A stretch of 64,000 nucleotides of DNA from Patescibacteria group bacterium (GCA_025450075.1 JANWIC010000016.1:2005-66004); one strand, 5' to 3'. Positions 21,821 through 35,390 are shown, counted from the stretch's first letter. The notes: generated from the sequence alone by a model not told the origin. Translations and numbers: made by a program.

Positions 21821-22417
21821 ATGAGAACTGCTGCCCGCCCATCATTTTTACCTACCATGATTCATTTTGGAAAAAAGGTACTGATTTCATTAAGTCTATT
21901 CATCTCCTTTTTCGCTTTCCCTCTCCATTCTGCACTTGCCCAATCAGTTGGAGTGAATGTAGGGTATGGTGTCCAATCATTGTTTAACAACCAGATCCCT
22001 CTCGATATGAATGTGACATCCCCTACCAGTTTTGATCAGGTTCGAGTTCAATGGATTATCCCTTTCGGGCTTGCTTCTGTTGCCGGGGAAACAACGGATT
22101 TTAGTTCTCCGCTTCTTGCAGATACTCCTCTTTATGATCATTATGTAGTTATCCCACAATACCAGGGAAGATATGCAGTAACCGTCAATGTTTCAGGGGT
22201 GTACTCAAATGGCCTCCAATTTAGCCGCAGCGCAACAGTATATTTAGATATTGACTCAAGCATGAATCTGGCTAATAATATGGGAGACCGGAACCTCAGA
22301 AGATTAGTATACGTTTTAATCTCACTACTTTGTTTACCAGTGTTTGTTATCATAATGAAAAGTGCGTACAAGAGTGTAAAAGAACGATTTGAATTGTGGC
22401 TAAATAAAGAAGCATAA
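21821..22417 (+). CDS. Hypothetical surface protein (N-terminal signal/anchor plus C-terminal TM)
   Basis: Hydrophobic N-terminus (LISLSLFISFFAFPLHSALA) and a C-terminal TM (LVYVLISLLCLPVFVIIM); no motif recognised. Confidence 0.4.
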   Translation: MRTAARPSFLPTMIHFGKKVLISLSLFISFFAFPLHSALAQSVGVNVGYGVQSLFNNQIPLDMNVTSPTSFDQVRVQWIIPFGLASVAGETTDFSSPLLADTPLYDHYVVIPQYQGRYAVTVNVSGVYSNGLQFSRSATVYLDIDSSMNLANNMGDRNLRRLVYVLISLLCLPVFVIIMKSAYKSVKERFELWLNKEA

Positions 22418-22422
22418 AATCC

Positions 22423-25400
22423 ATGGGAGTATTTACTCACTTGCATCTACATACTGAATATTCACTGCTTGACGGAGTATGCCACGTCAAAGAACTTGTT
22501 CCCTATCTCAAAGAGCATGGATTTGATTCCTGCGCAATTACAGACCATGGAGTTATGTATGGCGCATACCAGTTCTATAGCATCTGCAAAGAAAACGGTA
22601 TTAAACCAATTATCGGTTGTGAAATCTATCTTGCAAAAAGAAACAGGCTGGATAAAGATGCACGTAAAGATAGAGGTACCTTTCATATGACACTCCTTGC
22701 AAGAAACCTGGAAGGATACAAAAACCTGTTAAAAATCGTAACGATTGGCCAATTGGAAGGTATGTACTACAAACCACGGGTTGATCATGAGATTTTAAAA
22801 AAATACGGAAGCGGCATTATTGCTACATCAGGCTGTTTAAACGGCCAGATCCCGCGAGCATTGCAAGAGGGAAAGTATAATCAGGCAAAGAAACTTGTTG
22901 AAAAATTCCAGTCATATTTTGGGAAAGAATATTTTTTCATTGAAGTACAACGAAACGGAGTTGAAGATCAAAACAAGGTAAATGTATTGCTGGAACAACT
23001 TGCAATGGAAATGGATATTCCGATAGTTGCAACTTGTGACAGCCATTATATTTATCCTGATGATTATATTACCCAGGAAATATTGTGGTGTGTCGGAGAT
23101 GGAAAAAAATTAAGTGATCCTGATAGAAGAAGATATGAAACTACCGAGTTTTATGTCAAAACTCCGGAAGAAATGGTCGAACTATTCAAGGACCATCCTG
23201 AATATTTGGAAAATACGCAAAAAGTAGTCAGTCTAATTGAAGATTTTGATATAACATTCGGACGGGTTGAACCTGTCTTCAATTCACTTCCGGAAGGAAA
23301 AACAGCAGATTCATATCTGCGTGAACTTGTTTTTGCTGGTGCAAAAAAGCGTTATGGAAATCCTTTACCTAAGCATGTTGAAGAGCGAGTAGAATATGAG
23401 TTAAATCTTATCCACGATAAAAACTATGATAACTATTTCCTTGTTGTTCAAGACTATATCAAATGGGCGAAAGACCATGATATTATGGTCGGTTTCGGCA
23501 GAGGATCGGGAGTCGGATCCGTTGTCGCATATTCTCTTGAAATAACAGATATTGTTGATCCATTGTATTGGAATTTGCCTTTTGAGAGATTTTTAAATCC
23601 GGAGCGTCCGAGTCCACCGGATTTTGATGTTGATTTTGAAGATATCAGACGGGATGAAGTAGTCCAATATATGCGAGAAAAATATGGAGAAAAGAGAGTG
23701 GCAAATATTGCAGCAATAGGTCGAATGAAAACAAAAGCCGCGATACGAGATGTTGCAAGAGTTATGGGAATCGACCTGTCCATTGCAGATAAGTTATCAA
23801 AACTAGTCCCATCACATCAGGGCAAATCTCCACCGATTCAAGAGGCAGTTGATGCTATTCCTGAAATGCAGGAAATTATCAATCAATCACCTGAAGAATT
23901 AAACCAGTTAGTAAAGTATGTTGCAAAAGTTGAAGGGACGGCAAGGCATATTTCCAAACATGCGTGTGGAGTTGTTATCACAACTGGCGATGTTGTGGAA
24001 TTTACCCCATTACAAAAAGAATCACGAAATGCTGAAAGTATTATCACCCAATATGAAGGACCATATCTGGAATCCATTGGATTAATGAAATTCGACTTTC
24101 TTGGTTTATCCAACTTAACACAAATCAAAAACACTATCAGGTCAATCAAAAAAAACAGAGGAGAAATTTTGGATATTAACAATATACCTTTTGATGATGT
24201 GAAAACATATGAAGAGGTATTCCAAAAAGGTGAAACGTTAGGCGTATTCCAGTTTGAATCTGAAGGGATGCGAAAATATTTACGGGATCTTAAACCTGAA
24301 ACCATAGAAGAAATAGCTTTTATGGCTGCTGCCTATCGTCCTGGTCCTATGGCATATATTGAGCCATATATTGATTGTAAGTTCGGGAGGAAAAAGCCTG
24401 AATACTTACATAAAGATTTAATACCGGTACTTGAGGAAACTTACGGCTATCCTATATATCAGGAACAGATTATGCAAATAGCAGTGGTAATGGCAGGCTA
24501 TTCACTTGGAAGAGCAGACATTTTGCGAAAAGCGATGGGAAAGAAAAAAATAGAAGTACTGATGGCAGAACAAGAACCATTTGTAAAAGCGGTTGTAGCA
24601 AAAGGCTATGATGAGGAATTGGCAGTTAAGCTTTTTGACTATATGGTTCCATTTTCCAGCTATGGATTTAACAAAGCGCACAGCGCTTCTTATGCAGTGC
24701 TCGCCTACTTCACTGCATATCTCAAAGCCCACTATTTCCCTGAATATATGTCAGTACTTCTTGAAACTAATCTAGGAGATTTTGAGAAGGTGAACATGAT
24801 TAATGATGAATGCAGGGAAAAAGGAGTAAAGATACTACCGCCAGACGTGAACCTTAGTGATGCTGAATTTCTTATTGAAAATGGGAATATTAGATACGGA
24901 TTATATTCTCTAAAGGGAGGCAGTGCAAAAGCAATGGAGGAGATAATAGCGAAACGAAAATCTGGCCCATATACTGGATTAGAAGATGTATGTATGCGGG
25001 TAGATCTTTCAAAAGTCACTAAGAAAAACTTAGAACTTCTCATTAAATCCGGTAGCATGGATATGTTCGGCAAACGTTCAGCTCTACTTGCTATCTTGCC
25101 GGAGGTTTTTGAAAGGGCGCTGAGTGCAAGGAAAAATAAAGAAAATGGACAGATAAGTTTGTTTGATCAAATGAATGATTTTGAACCTGAAATCTTCAAA
25201 ATCCAACTTCCAAATATTCCTGAATCTAGCGAGAAACTAAGTTGGGAAAAAGAAATTCTAGGGATATATACTTCCTCCCATCCGTTACTTGATTTTACCC
25301 AAATGGCTGATAGAAAAACAGTCATAAAGATTAAAGATTTGAAAGATCAAAAAGGAAAGAAAAATATCAAATCTATTGGTATTATCACTTCATTAAAAAA

Positions 25401-25875
25401 GATCTTAACCAAAAAAGACGGTAAACCAATGGCGTTTGGAGTATTTGAAGATTTAAGCGGAAAAGTTGAACTTGTCATATTTCCAAATACATACGAAAAA
25501 TGCAGAGATAAGTTGCTTGTTGATGTTCCTGTTATTGTGAAAGGAAGTGTTGATGTGAAGACTAATCTTGATAAAAATGAAGAAGTAAAGTTCTTCCTAG
25601 AAGATATAGCTCAGCTTGATGATAAATTTCGGGATAAAGAACAGAAAATGACCCTGAAAGGTAAAATGATTATAGTGAATGTAAAACCTGATACAAACCT
25701 GTTGGCAAAACTTAAAGAGCTCATTAAAATGAATCCGGGTACAAGTGCAGTAAAGCTGTTAATTTCAAACAACGGAAATACTTCTGAGTTAATGCTTAAA
25801 GATAAAGTGAGCATTACTGACCTATTTCTAAAAGAATTATCTGCGGTTTCTGGTGCTGAATACAGCATCGAATAG
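22423..25875 (+). CDS. dnaE: DNA polymerase III alpha subunit (DnaE-type)
   Basis: N-terminal PHP domain (HLHLHTEYSLLDG), polymerase core motifs (..GRGSGVGSVVAYSL.ITD..), OB-fold C-terminus; 1150 aa. Confidence 0.92.
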   Translation: MGVFTHLHLHTEYSLLDGVCHVKELVPYLKEHGFDSCAITDHGVMYGAYQFYSICKENGIKPIIGCEIYLAKRNRLDKDARKDRGTFHMTLLARNLEGYKNLLKIVTIGQLEGMYYKPRVDHEILKKYGSGIIATSGCLNGQIPRALQEGKYNQAKKLVEKFQSYFGKEYFFIEVQRNGVEDQNKVNVLLEQLAMEMDIPIVATCDSHYIYPDDYITQEILWCVGDGKKLSDPDRRRYETTEFYVKTPEEMVELFKDHPEYLENTQKVVSLIEDFDITFGRVEPVFNSLPEGKTADSYLRELVFAGAKKRYGNPLPKHVEERVEYELNLIHDKNYDNYFLVVQDYIKWAKDHDIMVGFGRGSGVGSVVAYSLEITDIVDPLYWNLPFERFLNPERPSPPDFDVDFEDIRRDEVVQYMREKYGEKRVANIAAIGRMKTKAAIRDVARVMGIDLSIADKLSKLVPSHQGKSPPIQEAVDAIPEMQEIINQSPEELNQLVKYVAKVEGTARHISKHACGVVITTGDVVEFTPLQKESRNAESIITQYEGPYLESIGLMKFDFLGLSNLTQIKNTIRSIKKNRGEILDINNIPFDDVKTYEEVFQKGETLGVFQFESEGMRKYLRDLKPETIEEIAFMAAAYRPGPMAYIEPYIDCKFGRKKPEYLHKDLIPVLEETYGYPIYQEQIMQIAVVMAGYSLGRADILRKAMGKKKIEVLMAEQEPFVKAVVAKGYDEELAVKLFDYMVPFSSYGFNKAHSASYAVLAYFTAYLKAHYFPEYMSVLLETNLGDFEKVNMINDECREKGVKILPPDVNLSDAEFLIENGNIRYGLYSLKGGSAKAMEEIIAKRKSGPYTGLEDVCMRVDLSKVTKKNLELLIKSGSMDMFGKRSALLAILPEVFERALSARKNKENGQISLFDQMNDFEPEIFKIQLPNIPESSEKLSWEKEILGIYTSSHPLLDFTQMADRKTVIKIKDLKDQKGKKNIKSIGIITSLKKILTKKDGKPMAFGVFEDLSGKVELVIFPNTYEKCRDKLLVDVPVIVKGSVDVKTNLDKNEEVKFFLEDIAQLDDKFRDKEQKMTLKGKMIIVNVKPDTNLLAKLKELIKMNPGTSAVKLLISNNGNTSELMLKDKVSITDLFLKELSAVSGAEYSIE

Positions 25876-25878
25876 CTA

Positions 25879-27372
25879 TTGAATTTCCCTATAATCCGTA
25901 CTATAATGCCATTGGCAAATGTATATAATATGGCAATCGAAGCATCCGATCAACAACATAACATCCCCGAAATGCTAATTGTTGCAATACCTGGGAGTGG
26001 TATTACAACTTTGTGTATTATCGGTCCAAAAAGAGGTGATAGTCAGTGTGAAGACGTAATTGTAAAGGCTGTAACTCCAACCGCTCATGCTTGTGGAGTA
26101 ATTGATGTTATCAGCGGAAATAGCGAGGAATATGGTGTATTCCCAGGCACTATTCTTGCAGAACATTTCAGGAATGTTGTTGGCTCATTACCCCATGGTT
26201 TTTGGCAAAATTCACCACGAGACATTCAAGCATATTTAAGAAGAGCATTTGGGGTAGCAGATAAAGACGCATATAGAAGATTTAATACAATTGATGATAA
26301 ACCAATTGAACGTGAAAAAGGATTAGTTGGTGCAGTTGGAACTTTTTTAATTTATTCTCAACTTGAGGGGAAAATTATACGTGCAGAAGTTTCGGCAGGA
26401 GATTGTAGGAGATTAACTATATATCCGTTTACTGAAAGTAATTTGTTTCTTGAAGATGGATATATAAAAGCATGCTGCAGAGAATATCTAAAAGGTATGG
26501 ATTCTGAAGAAGTTGAAGTAATAACACGCGAGTTGCAAGCTGCGCTAAATGAATACTATTACGGACAGGATAAACTTGTTCCATGGATGGAATTATCGGT
26601 AAGAAGATTTATTGCTGCGTGTAAAAAACAGGGGATAAAAGTATTCGAAGGAATTAAACTTCATGAAGATGAAAAAACAGCTATTGCAATAATGAATCAG
26701 TTATTTAAAAATAGAAATCTTGTTGAAACGGCATTCGGCTTTGGTAATATAGAAGAACGTGGAAATGTAAATGTCGAATTAATTGATCGAAATCAGTATA
26801 GATTAGAAATAATGGCATCTGACGGGTTATGGGATTTGTTTCCGGAATCATTAGTTCGCGCAGTACTCCGATCTCCTTTTAGTGTGCAAAAAAAACTCTC
26901 GCTTATCTATGAAATGATCAAAATTGAAAGAGATTTAAGAAAACGGAAAGCAAAAGATGATGATTTTGTGGTGGCAATAACTGAAATCAACCCGTATTTT
27001 AGGCCATATTTAGGAAGCGTTGATGTGCAAGAATTATTAAATCAAAGCAATATTGCATATTATCTTGATGGAATGGTTGTAGATGGTAGAACTATCATGT
27101 ATAACAGTCCTGAATATGATGGATTGGTTGCTCAAGTTATAGAAAAAAGGATACAAAATGTCGAATCAATCAATGAATTAGCAGCTGCAATTGATCGTAT
27201 AGAAATTATTCCAAGTACCTCAACTATATGGCGATTTTTAACAGCAAATGAAGTTATTAACTTAATAAAAATTGCAATAAATGATCCTAAAAGGCGTCAA
27301 GATGCAATTAATGCAATCCCACGATCTTATGGGATAAGGCAGCGTTTTATGGATTTATTAGAAATAGAGTAA
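25879..27372 (+). CDS. Hypothetical two-domain protein. The N-terminal about 320 aa show PP2C-phosphatase-like motifs (…AFGFGN…, LEIMASDGLWDLF); the C-terminal about 180 aa are unknown.
   Basis: IMASDGLWD closely matches the conserved PP2C 'SDG(L/V)WD' motif, preceded by an (R)AFG(D)-like motif. The start codon is 4 nt after the dnaE stop. Confidence 0.35.
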   Translation: MNFPIIRTIMPLANVYNMAIEASDQQHNIPEMLIVAIPGSGITTLCIIGPKRGDSQCEDVIVKAVTPTAHACGVIDVISGNSEEYGVFPGTILAEHFRNVVGSLPHGFWQNSPRDIQAYLRRAFGVADKDAYRRFNTIDDKPIEREKGLVGAVGTFLIYSQLEGKIIRAEVSAGDCRRLTIYPFTESNLFLEDGYIKACCREYLKGMDSEEVEVITRELQAALNEYYYGQDKLVPWMELSVRRFIAACKKQGIKVFEGIKLHEDEKTAIAIMNQLFKNRNLVETAFGFGNIEERGNVNVELIDRNQYRLEIMASDGLWDLFPESLVRAVLRSPFSVQKKLSLIYEMIKIERDLRKRKAKDDDFVVAITEINPYFRPYLGSVDVQELLNQSNIAYYLDGMVVDGRTIMYNSPEYDGLVAQVIEKRIQNVESINELAAAIDRIEIIPSTSTIWRFLTANEVINLIKIAINDPKRRQDAINAIPRSYGIRQRFMDLLEIE

Positions 27373-27966
27373 CTTCTTAACAGGTTTGTAACTCTTTCGA
27401 TGAATTGGAGATATGCCATATTTTTGCAGCATTTCCAAATGCAATTTTGTTCCGTATCCCTTATGTTTTGCAAATCCATATGCTGGATAAAGTTTATCCA
27501 ATTCAATCATAATCTCATCCCTTGTATGTTTCGCAATAATAGATGCCGATGCAATTGCATACAGTAGCGCATCTCCGTCAATGACTGATTTTGCATGATC
27601 TGGAAATGTAGAAGGAGGAAAGTATCCGTCAATGAATGTTATCGTTGTCGGAAGTTTTGATATAATTGTATTCATTCCTTTCGTTACAGCCTTCCCTATC
27701 CCTATCTTATCAATTTCTTCTGGTTCAATAATTACTACTTCATATGTATATTGTGCTATTAATTGATTATATAATTCTTTACGTTTTTTTTCCGATATCT
27801 TTTTTGAATCATCTATTCCGTCTACGACTGGTGAGTTTGGGGTCAGAATGACTCCTGCAATGACCACTGGACCGGCCCAGGGGCCTCTTCCAGCTTCATC
27901 AATACCTAGAATTGTGTTAGTGGCTACTGAACTCAAAATTGCTTGTTCGTTTGGATGAAAATGCAT
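27358..27966 (-). CDS. rnhB: Ribonuclease HII. The ORF-track start at 28017 is probably over-extended; the likely start is MHFHPNEQ.. or a nearby ATG.
   Basis: ILGIDEAGRGPWAGPVVIAGV (DEAGRG catalytic motif of RNase HII); about 200 aa. Confidence 0.8.
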   Translation of the reverse strand: MHFHPNEQAILSSVATNTILGIDEAGRGPWAGPVVIAGVILTPNSPVVDGIDDSKKISEKKRKELYNQLIAQYTYEVVIIEPEEIDKIGIGKAVTKGMNTIISKLPTTITFIDGYFPPSTFPDHAKSVIDGDALLYAIASASIIAKHTRDEIMIELDKLYPAYGFAKHKGYGTKLHLEMLQKYGISPIHRKSYKPVKKLLYF

Positions 27967-28046
27967 AAAAAAAATCATATCATCCCCATGATATGATTCC
28001 TTAGACACACAAGGCAAGTAGAAACTAGATACCTTGGTTGGTTGGC

Positions 28047-28394
28047 TTATTTAGCTTTAATAAACATTGCTTTCTTACCAATTCTTTCTCTCATGTAATA
28101 CAACTTTGCTCTTCGTACACTTCCAGTCTTGATGACATCAATTTTTGCAATGTTTGGTGAATGAAGTGGAAAGATTTTCTCTACTCCAATTCCATTACTG
28201 ATTCTTCTCACGGTAAAAGTCTTTCTTGTTCCTGATCCTTTAATAGCTAGGACAATACCTTCAAATAACTGAATTCGTTGCTTTTCTCCCTCAATAATTT
28301 TTGTGTGCACTTTAATCGTATCTCCAACTGAGAATGCAGGAAGATTTTCCTTTAAATATCCTTGTTCAATTTTAGATAGTAATATCGTATTCAT
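28047..28394 (-). CDS. rplS: 50S ribosomal protein L19
   Basis: Full-length match to the L19 pattern (..[23 protein letters not shown]...RG......FTVRRIS.GIGVE..FPLHSP). Confidence 0.9.
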   Translation of the reverse strand: MNTILLSKIEQGYLKENLPAFSVGDTIKVHTKIIEGEKQRIQLFEGIVLAIKGSGTRKTFTVRRISNGIGVEKIFPLHSPNIAKIDVIKTGSVRRAKLYYMRERIGKKAMFIKAK

Positions 28395-28400
28395 AGGTTT

Positions 28401-28688
28401 TTATTTATGTGTTATTGTAGTACTTTGTTCAACAATATCGACAAAGCGTCGTGCATGTACTTTTCCAGGAAGTGTTCTAAATTGAACGATTCCTTCTTTA
28501 AGGGCAAAAAGTGTAAAATCTCTTCCGATTCCAACATTTCTTCCTTTATGGAATTGTGTTCCTTTTTGTCTGACAATAATGCTGCCTGCTTTAGCAAGCT
28601 GGCCTGCATACAATTTAATTCCTCTTCGTTTTCCCGGTACATTGCCTCCTTGTCGAACTTTTCCGGCTCCGGCTTTTACGTGTGACAT
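28401..28688 (-). CDS. rpmA: 50S ribosomal protein L27 (no N-terminal pro-peptide)
   Basis: [10 protein letters not shown]...[12 protein letters not shown]...[19 protein letters not shown] matches L27. Confidence 0.9.
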   Translation of the reverse strand: MSHVKAGAGKVRQGGNVPGKRRGIKLYAGQLAKAGSIIVRQKGTQFHKGRNVGIGRDFTLFALKEGIVQFRTLPGKVHARRFVDIVEQSTTITHK

Positions 28689-28689
28689 G

Positions 28690-29595
28690 TTATAGTTTTT
28701 CTAATATAAATATATCCCGTAGCACAACTGCTTTCGGTCTAAAATATAATAAATCCGGGCTTTTGTCAATATCGAGCGTATCTAATAGATTCACTCGTTT
28801 AAAACTGAATCTGTTAAATCTCTCGCTTATTTCCAGTTTTGCAATACCTTTCATTGTTTTAAACTGAGGAATAATAATGACTATTCTTCTCCCTGGCTCA
28901 AGTATTGCTGAAGCATTCTTGATTGCCGATGAAATAAGTTCATTTACCTTTTTCAGATTCTGATTATCTTGTGACCCCATCCTTAAAGGTTTATGAACTG
29001 GTTTTCCAAGATATGGTTCGGTGACAATTGCATCAATATGTTTTGATCGAAGCAACTGTGTATCTAAATATCTGACATCAGAGATAAAAAATTCGTCTTC
29101 GATATGTGAAAGACCATATTCTGACCTAACCCACTTTGCATTCGTCTTTGCATCATCTACTGTTTTTTTATCAACATCAGATCCGATTCCATGAATTCCT
29201 AATACATTTGCCTCCGTTATTATTGTTCCTCCACCGCAAAAGGGGTCATATAATCTTTTGACTCCATGTTTTGTATAAGAGAGATTTATGAGCATCTTCG
29301 CTAATTTTGAAGGAAGAAGGCCTGATTTAGGATCAACTCTGGGTTTTTTAAATTCACGCTTCTTATATTGTTTAATATTAGGGGTAAATATTTCACCCGT
29401 ACTAATATCCTCAATTGCGCGTGTTCCCCCAAGAATCTGGATGAAAACCTCAGGATTTATATATTTTATTTCAATGTGCAATGCTGTAAGATCTGTAGAC
29501 AATACTTTATATAGTATTGATTCAGATTCTAAAACATTTAAAATTTCAGCGAGTGACAAAAATGGATGTGACCCAAGCTGAAGTATATACTCCAT
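28690..29595 (-). CDS. Class-I SAM-dependent N-methyltransferase of the UPF0020 / Trm11-like family (N2-guanine or N6-adenine), THUMP-less
   Basis: Motif [13 protein letters not shown], (D/N)PPY-type motif [11 protein letters not shown], and an upstream [12 protein letters not shown] segment as in Trm11/RlmL-type RNA methylases. Confidence 0.5.
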   Translation of the reverse strand: MEYILQLGSHPFLSLAEILNVLESESILYKVLSTDLTALHIEIKYINPEVFIQILGGTRAIEDISTGEIFTPNIKQYKKREFKKPRVDPKSGLLPSKLAKMLINLSYTKHGVKRLYDPFCGGGTIITEANVLGIHGIGSDVDKKTVDDAKTNAKWVRSEYGLSHIEDEFFISDVRYLDTQLLRSKHIDAIVTEPYLGKPVHKPLRMGSQDNQNLKKVNELISSAIKNASAILEPGRRIVIIIPQFKTMKGIAKLEISERFNRFSFKRVNLLDTLDIDKSPDLLYFRPKAVVLRDIFILEKL

Positions 29596-29897
29596 TAAAT
29601 GCTTTTTATTTCAATTAGGCTATATGTCTGCCTATGTCCAATATGTCTTCGATGTCGTGATTTTGCTTTAAATGTTCGAATATGTATCTTTTCACCTTTT
29701 ACTTCTTTTACGACAGATGCCTTTACTGTAGTCTTTAATAATGGCTTGCCAATAGTAATTTTACCACCTTTGCTCGTCATTAGAGTTTCAAGTTCCAACA
29801 CATCCTTCGGGTCTTTTATCTTCTCTATTTCAATAGTATCACCAACGCCTACTCGGTATTGCTTCCCTCCGCTTTGTACAATTGCAAAATCTGCCAT
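29595..29897 (-). CDS. rplU: 50S ribosomal protein L21
   Basis: MADFAIVQSGGKQYRV..GDTIEIEKI... matches the L21 pattern; 100 aa. Confidence 0.9.
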   Translation of the reverse strand: MADFAIVQSGGKQYRVGVGDTIEIEKIKDPKDVLELETLMTSKGGKITIGKPLLKTTVKASVVKEVKGEKIHIRTFKAKSRHRRHIGHRQTYSLIEIKSI

Positions 29898-29957
29898 ATA
29901 TGTATGAATTAAAGTCCAATGGATTATAGCATAGGATCCGGATTAATCGCAACTAGG

Positions 29958-30389
29958 TTATTCAGGGATATTATTGGGGTGAGGAGTAGTTGTCTTGAAT
30001 TTCTTTGCAGTCGCAATATGCAGGTTTGCCAACTTAATTTGGGCTTTCAATCTCATGATCTCCACGTTATTATCAATTTCTTTAATTAATGCTTCTGCGC
30101 GTTCCTTTGCCTCCTGAGCACGCTGCAAGTCAATATCTCTTGGATGGATTACTTCATCAAGGAGTACGTCTGTTTCTCCTTCCTTAACGTAAAGAAATCC
30201 TTCTGATATTGCGTATTCCTGTGTTTTACCATCTTTCATATATCGCAATATGCCAGGATGCACCCGAGAAATATATGGGGCATGATTAGGTAAAATCACT
30301 TCTTCCCCTTCATCAGTAATAAGGGAAAGATAGGTTGATTCTCCTGTAAATATAACTTTTTCCGGCGTTGCAATAGTTAGTTGAAACAT
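29958..30389 (-). CDS. atpC: F1 ATP synthase epsilon subunit
   Basis: Position directly after atpD; beta-sandwich N-terminus (L.I.TPE...F.GE......T.EGE..ILP.H.P) plus helical C-terminus. Confidence 0.85.
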   Translation of the reverse strand: MFQLTIATPEKVIFTGESTYLSLITDEGEEVILPNHAPYISRVHPGILRYMKDGKTQEYAISEGFLYVKEGETDVLLDEVIHPRDIDLQRAQEAKERAEALIKEIDNNVEIMRLKAQIKLANLHIATAKKFKTTTPHPNNIPE

Positions 30390-30390
30390 A

Positions 30391-32725
<2,335 letters not shown>

Positions 32726-32726
<1 letters not shown>

Positions 32727-34264
32727 TATACTGTATAATTTTGTGTATATTCTGCAACTATTTTTTTAGTCTTTTCCAATAACTCATCGCTGAATGCTTT
32801 CTTTTCCTGCAGTTCATCTATAATATCTTTATGCTGCGCTTCAAAAAACATGATAAGATCATGCTCATAATCATGGATTTTTTCAATTGGGAGAGAATCG
32901 AGATAGCCATTAACTCCTGCGAGTATGATTAATACCTGATAAACAACACCCATTGTCTGGTATTGTTTTTGTTTTAAAATTTCTGTTAATCTCGCCCCCC
33001 GGTCAAGCAGTGCTTTTGTTGCTGGGTCAAGGTCTGATCCGAATTGAGCAAATGCTGCCATATCTCGAAATTGTGCCATATCCAGCTTTAGCTTTCCTGC
33101 TACCTGCTTCATTGCCTTTATTTGTGCTGCACTACCTACTCGAGAAACGGATACTCCTACATTTACTGCAGGCCGCATTCCTGAATAGAAAAGGTCAGAT
33201 TCAAGAAATATCTGACCATCCGTAATGGAAATTAGGTTTGTCGGAATATATGCGCTCACATCTCCGGCTTGGGTTTCAATAATTGGTAATGCAGTGAGAG
33301 ATCCTCCACCGAATTTTTCATCTAATCTTGCAGCTCTTTCAAGTAGTCTAGAGTGAAGATAGAAAATATCTCCAGGATACGCTTCACGTCCTGATGGACG
33401 ACGCAAAAGGAGAGAAATCTGTCTGTAAGCCCATGCGTGTTTTGTTAAATCATCATATACTACCAATGCATCCATGCCATTATCTCTGAAATATTCACCC
33501 ATTGTGCATGCTGCATAAGGGGCTAAATATTGAAAAGTTACAGGATCAGATGCGGATGCACTAACGATAATGGTGTAATCCATTGCATGGTTCTTTTCAA
33601 GGATTGCAGCGGTTTGTGCAATCTTTGATGTCTTTTGTCCGATAGCGCAATAGATACAAATTACAGGTTTTTGTCCGCTTTCTTTTGCGGCTTTTCCCTG
33701 ATTAATAATGGTATCGATGACGAGTGCTGTTTTACCGGTTGCACGATCACCGATTACAAGCTCACGCTGACCTCTTCCAATTGGAATAATTGCATCAATC
33801 ACTTTAATTCCAGTTTGTAATGGTTCTGTTACTCCTTTTCTCGTAATGACACCAGGTGCAATTTTTTCCAAAGGGGAGGTTTGTTTTGTCTGCACATCTC
33901 CTTTGCCATCAATAGGTAAGCCGAGAGGCGATACAACACGTCCGACTAGGTTTTCACCTACGGGAACTGAAAGGATCTTTCCGGTAGATCTGATTTCATC
34001 ACCTTGTTCAATATGAATATCGCTTCCTAGAACAATAATCCCCACTGATCCTTCCTCTAAGTTTAATGCAAGACCTTCAATTTGATCTCCGCCTTTTGTT
34101 TGAACAGTAACAATTTCACCATACATAACATGGGATAATCCCGAAGCAATAATAATACCATCCCCCACTTCCTCAACATATCCGATATTGCTCATATCTG
34201 GATTATTTCTTGTTTGTGCAATTGTTTGTTGAATCTGTCCTAAAATTTCTTCTGTTTGTGTCAT
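32726..34264 (-). CDS. atpA: F1 ATP synthase alpha subunit
   Basis: Walker [10 protein letters not shown]; 512 aa; placed between atpH and atpG. Confidence 0.95.
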
Positions 34265-34656
34265 GATGTATAGTATGTAAGGTAACGTTTAATTGTATTA
34301 TCAATAATATCCCAACCTGATTGCACTTTTATACCTGCAATAACATCGGGATCTTGTGAAAATGTAATATATTTCTTTTTAAATCTTTTTTTTAATGTTT
34401 CATCAAATATTCGCATTTCATGGGTAGGAATTTCAATTGCAGTTGTAACACTTACACTATCCTCAATGAATGCATTCTTTATCCCCCTCCTGTAATATTG
34501 TAGAAGAGGAACAACATATGTCTTTTCAATAATATCACCTTTTTGTATTGATAAAAGAATTTGCTGTACTTTTTCCAAATCAATATGTCCTGATTGATCC
34601 AAAGAATGCATGGATAATGATTTCGCTAATTGTTGAATTTCCTTTTTAGATCTCAT
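34261..34656 (-). CDS. atpH: ATP synthase delta (OSCP) subunit, unusually short (131 aa)
   Basis: Operon position between atpF and atpA; the C-terminal ..[21 protein letters not shown] resembles the delta-subunit C-terminal motif. Confidence 0.6.
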   Translation of the reverse strand: MRSKKEIQQLAKSLSMHSLDQSGHIDLEKVQQILLSIQKGDIIEKTYVVPLLQYYRRGIKNAFIEDSVSVTTAIEIPTHEMRIFDETLKKRFKKKYITFSQDPDVIAGIKVQSGWDIIDNTIKRYLTYYTS

Positions 34657-35147
34657 GAAATTTCTTCTATTGTCTTATGTAATATCTTCTCCTGTTCTTC
34701 TTGTGTAAGGCTTCCTTTTAATGTTTTTGATAATGCAGTTCCAATTAAGGAAGAAATATCACCTTTGATTTGTGCAAACATAGCATTTTTCTCAAGTGAA
34801 ATTTCTTCCCTTGCCTTTTGGATTATTCTATCTGCTTCATCTTTTGCTTCTATTTGAAGTTTTTTAGCAATGATTTCACTTTGTTCGATTGCCTGTTGGA
34901 TAATCCTTTGAGATTCCAACTGCGCTTCATGCAGTACTTTTCGCTGCTGTTCTTCAGCATCTTGCTTTTGTTTTGCGATTAATTCTGAATCCTTAATGGT
35001 TTGTTCAACCATCTGGCGTCTTTTATCAAGAACACGAAGTACAGGCTTATACACAAAAATTCTCAAAATGATCAGAAGAAGCAAAAAGTTTATTGTTGCC
35101 TCAATAAGTTGTATCCAATTAACTCCAAAATTACTTAAAATTTGCAT
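34653..35147 (-). CDS. atpF: Fo ATP synthase subunit b
   Basis: Single N-terminal TM followed by a long charged coiled coil; operon position. Confidence 0.8.
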   Translation of the reverse strand: MQILSNFGVNWIQLIEATINFLLLLIILRIFVYKPVLRVLDKRRQMVEQTIKDSELIAKQKQDAEEQQRKVLHEAQLESQRIIQQAIEQSEIIAKKLQIEAKDEADRIIQKAREEISLEKNAMFAQIKGDISSLIGTALSKTLKGSLTQEEQEKILHKTIEEIS

Positions 35148-35163
35148 AAAAATATTTCAAAAA

Positions 35164-35376
<213 letters not shown>

Positions 35377-35390
35377 TCACCTCCTGTAAC

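Noticed and set aside
23454-25073. Several antisense ORFs of 76-140 aa inside dnaE (for example 23883-24305)
   Set aside because: They are contained in the dnaE CDS and show no motifs.
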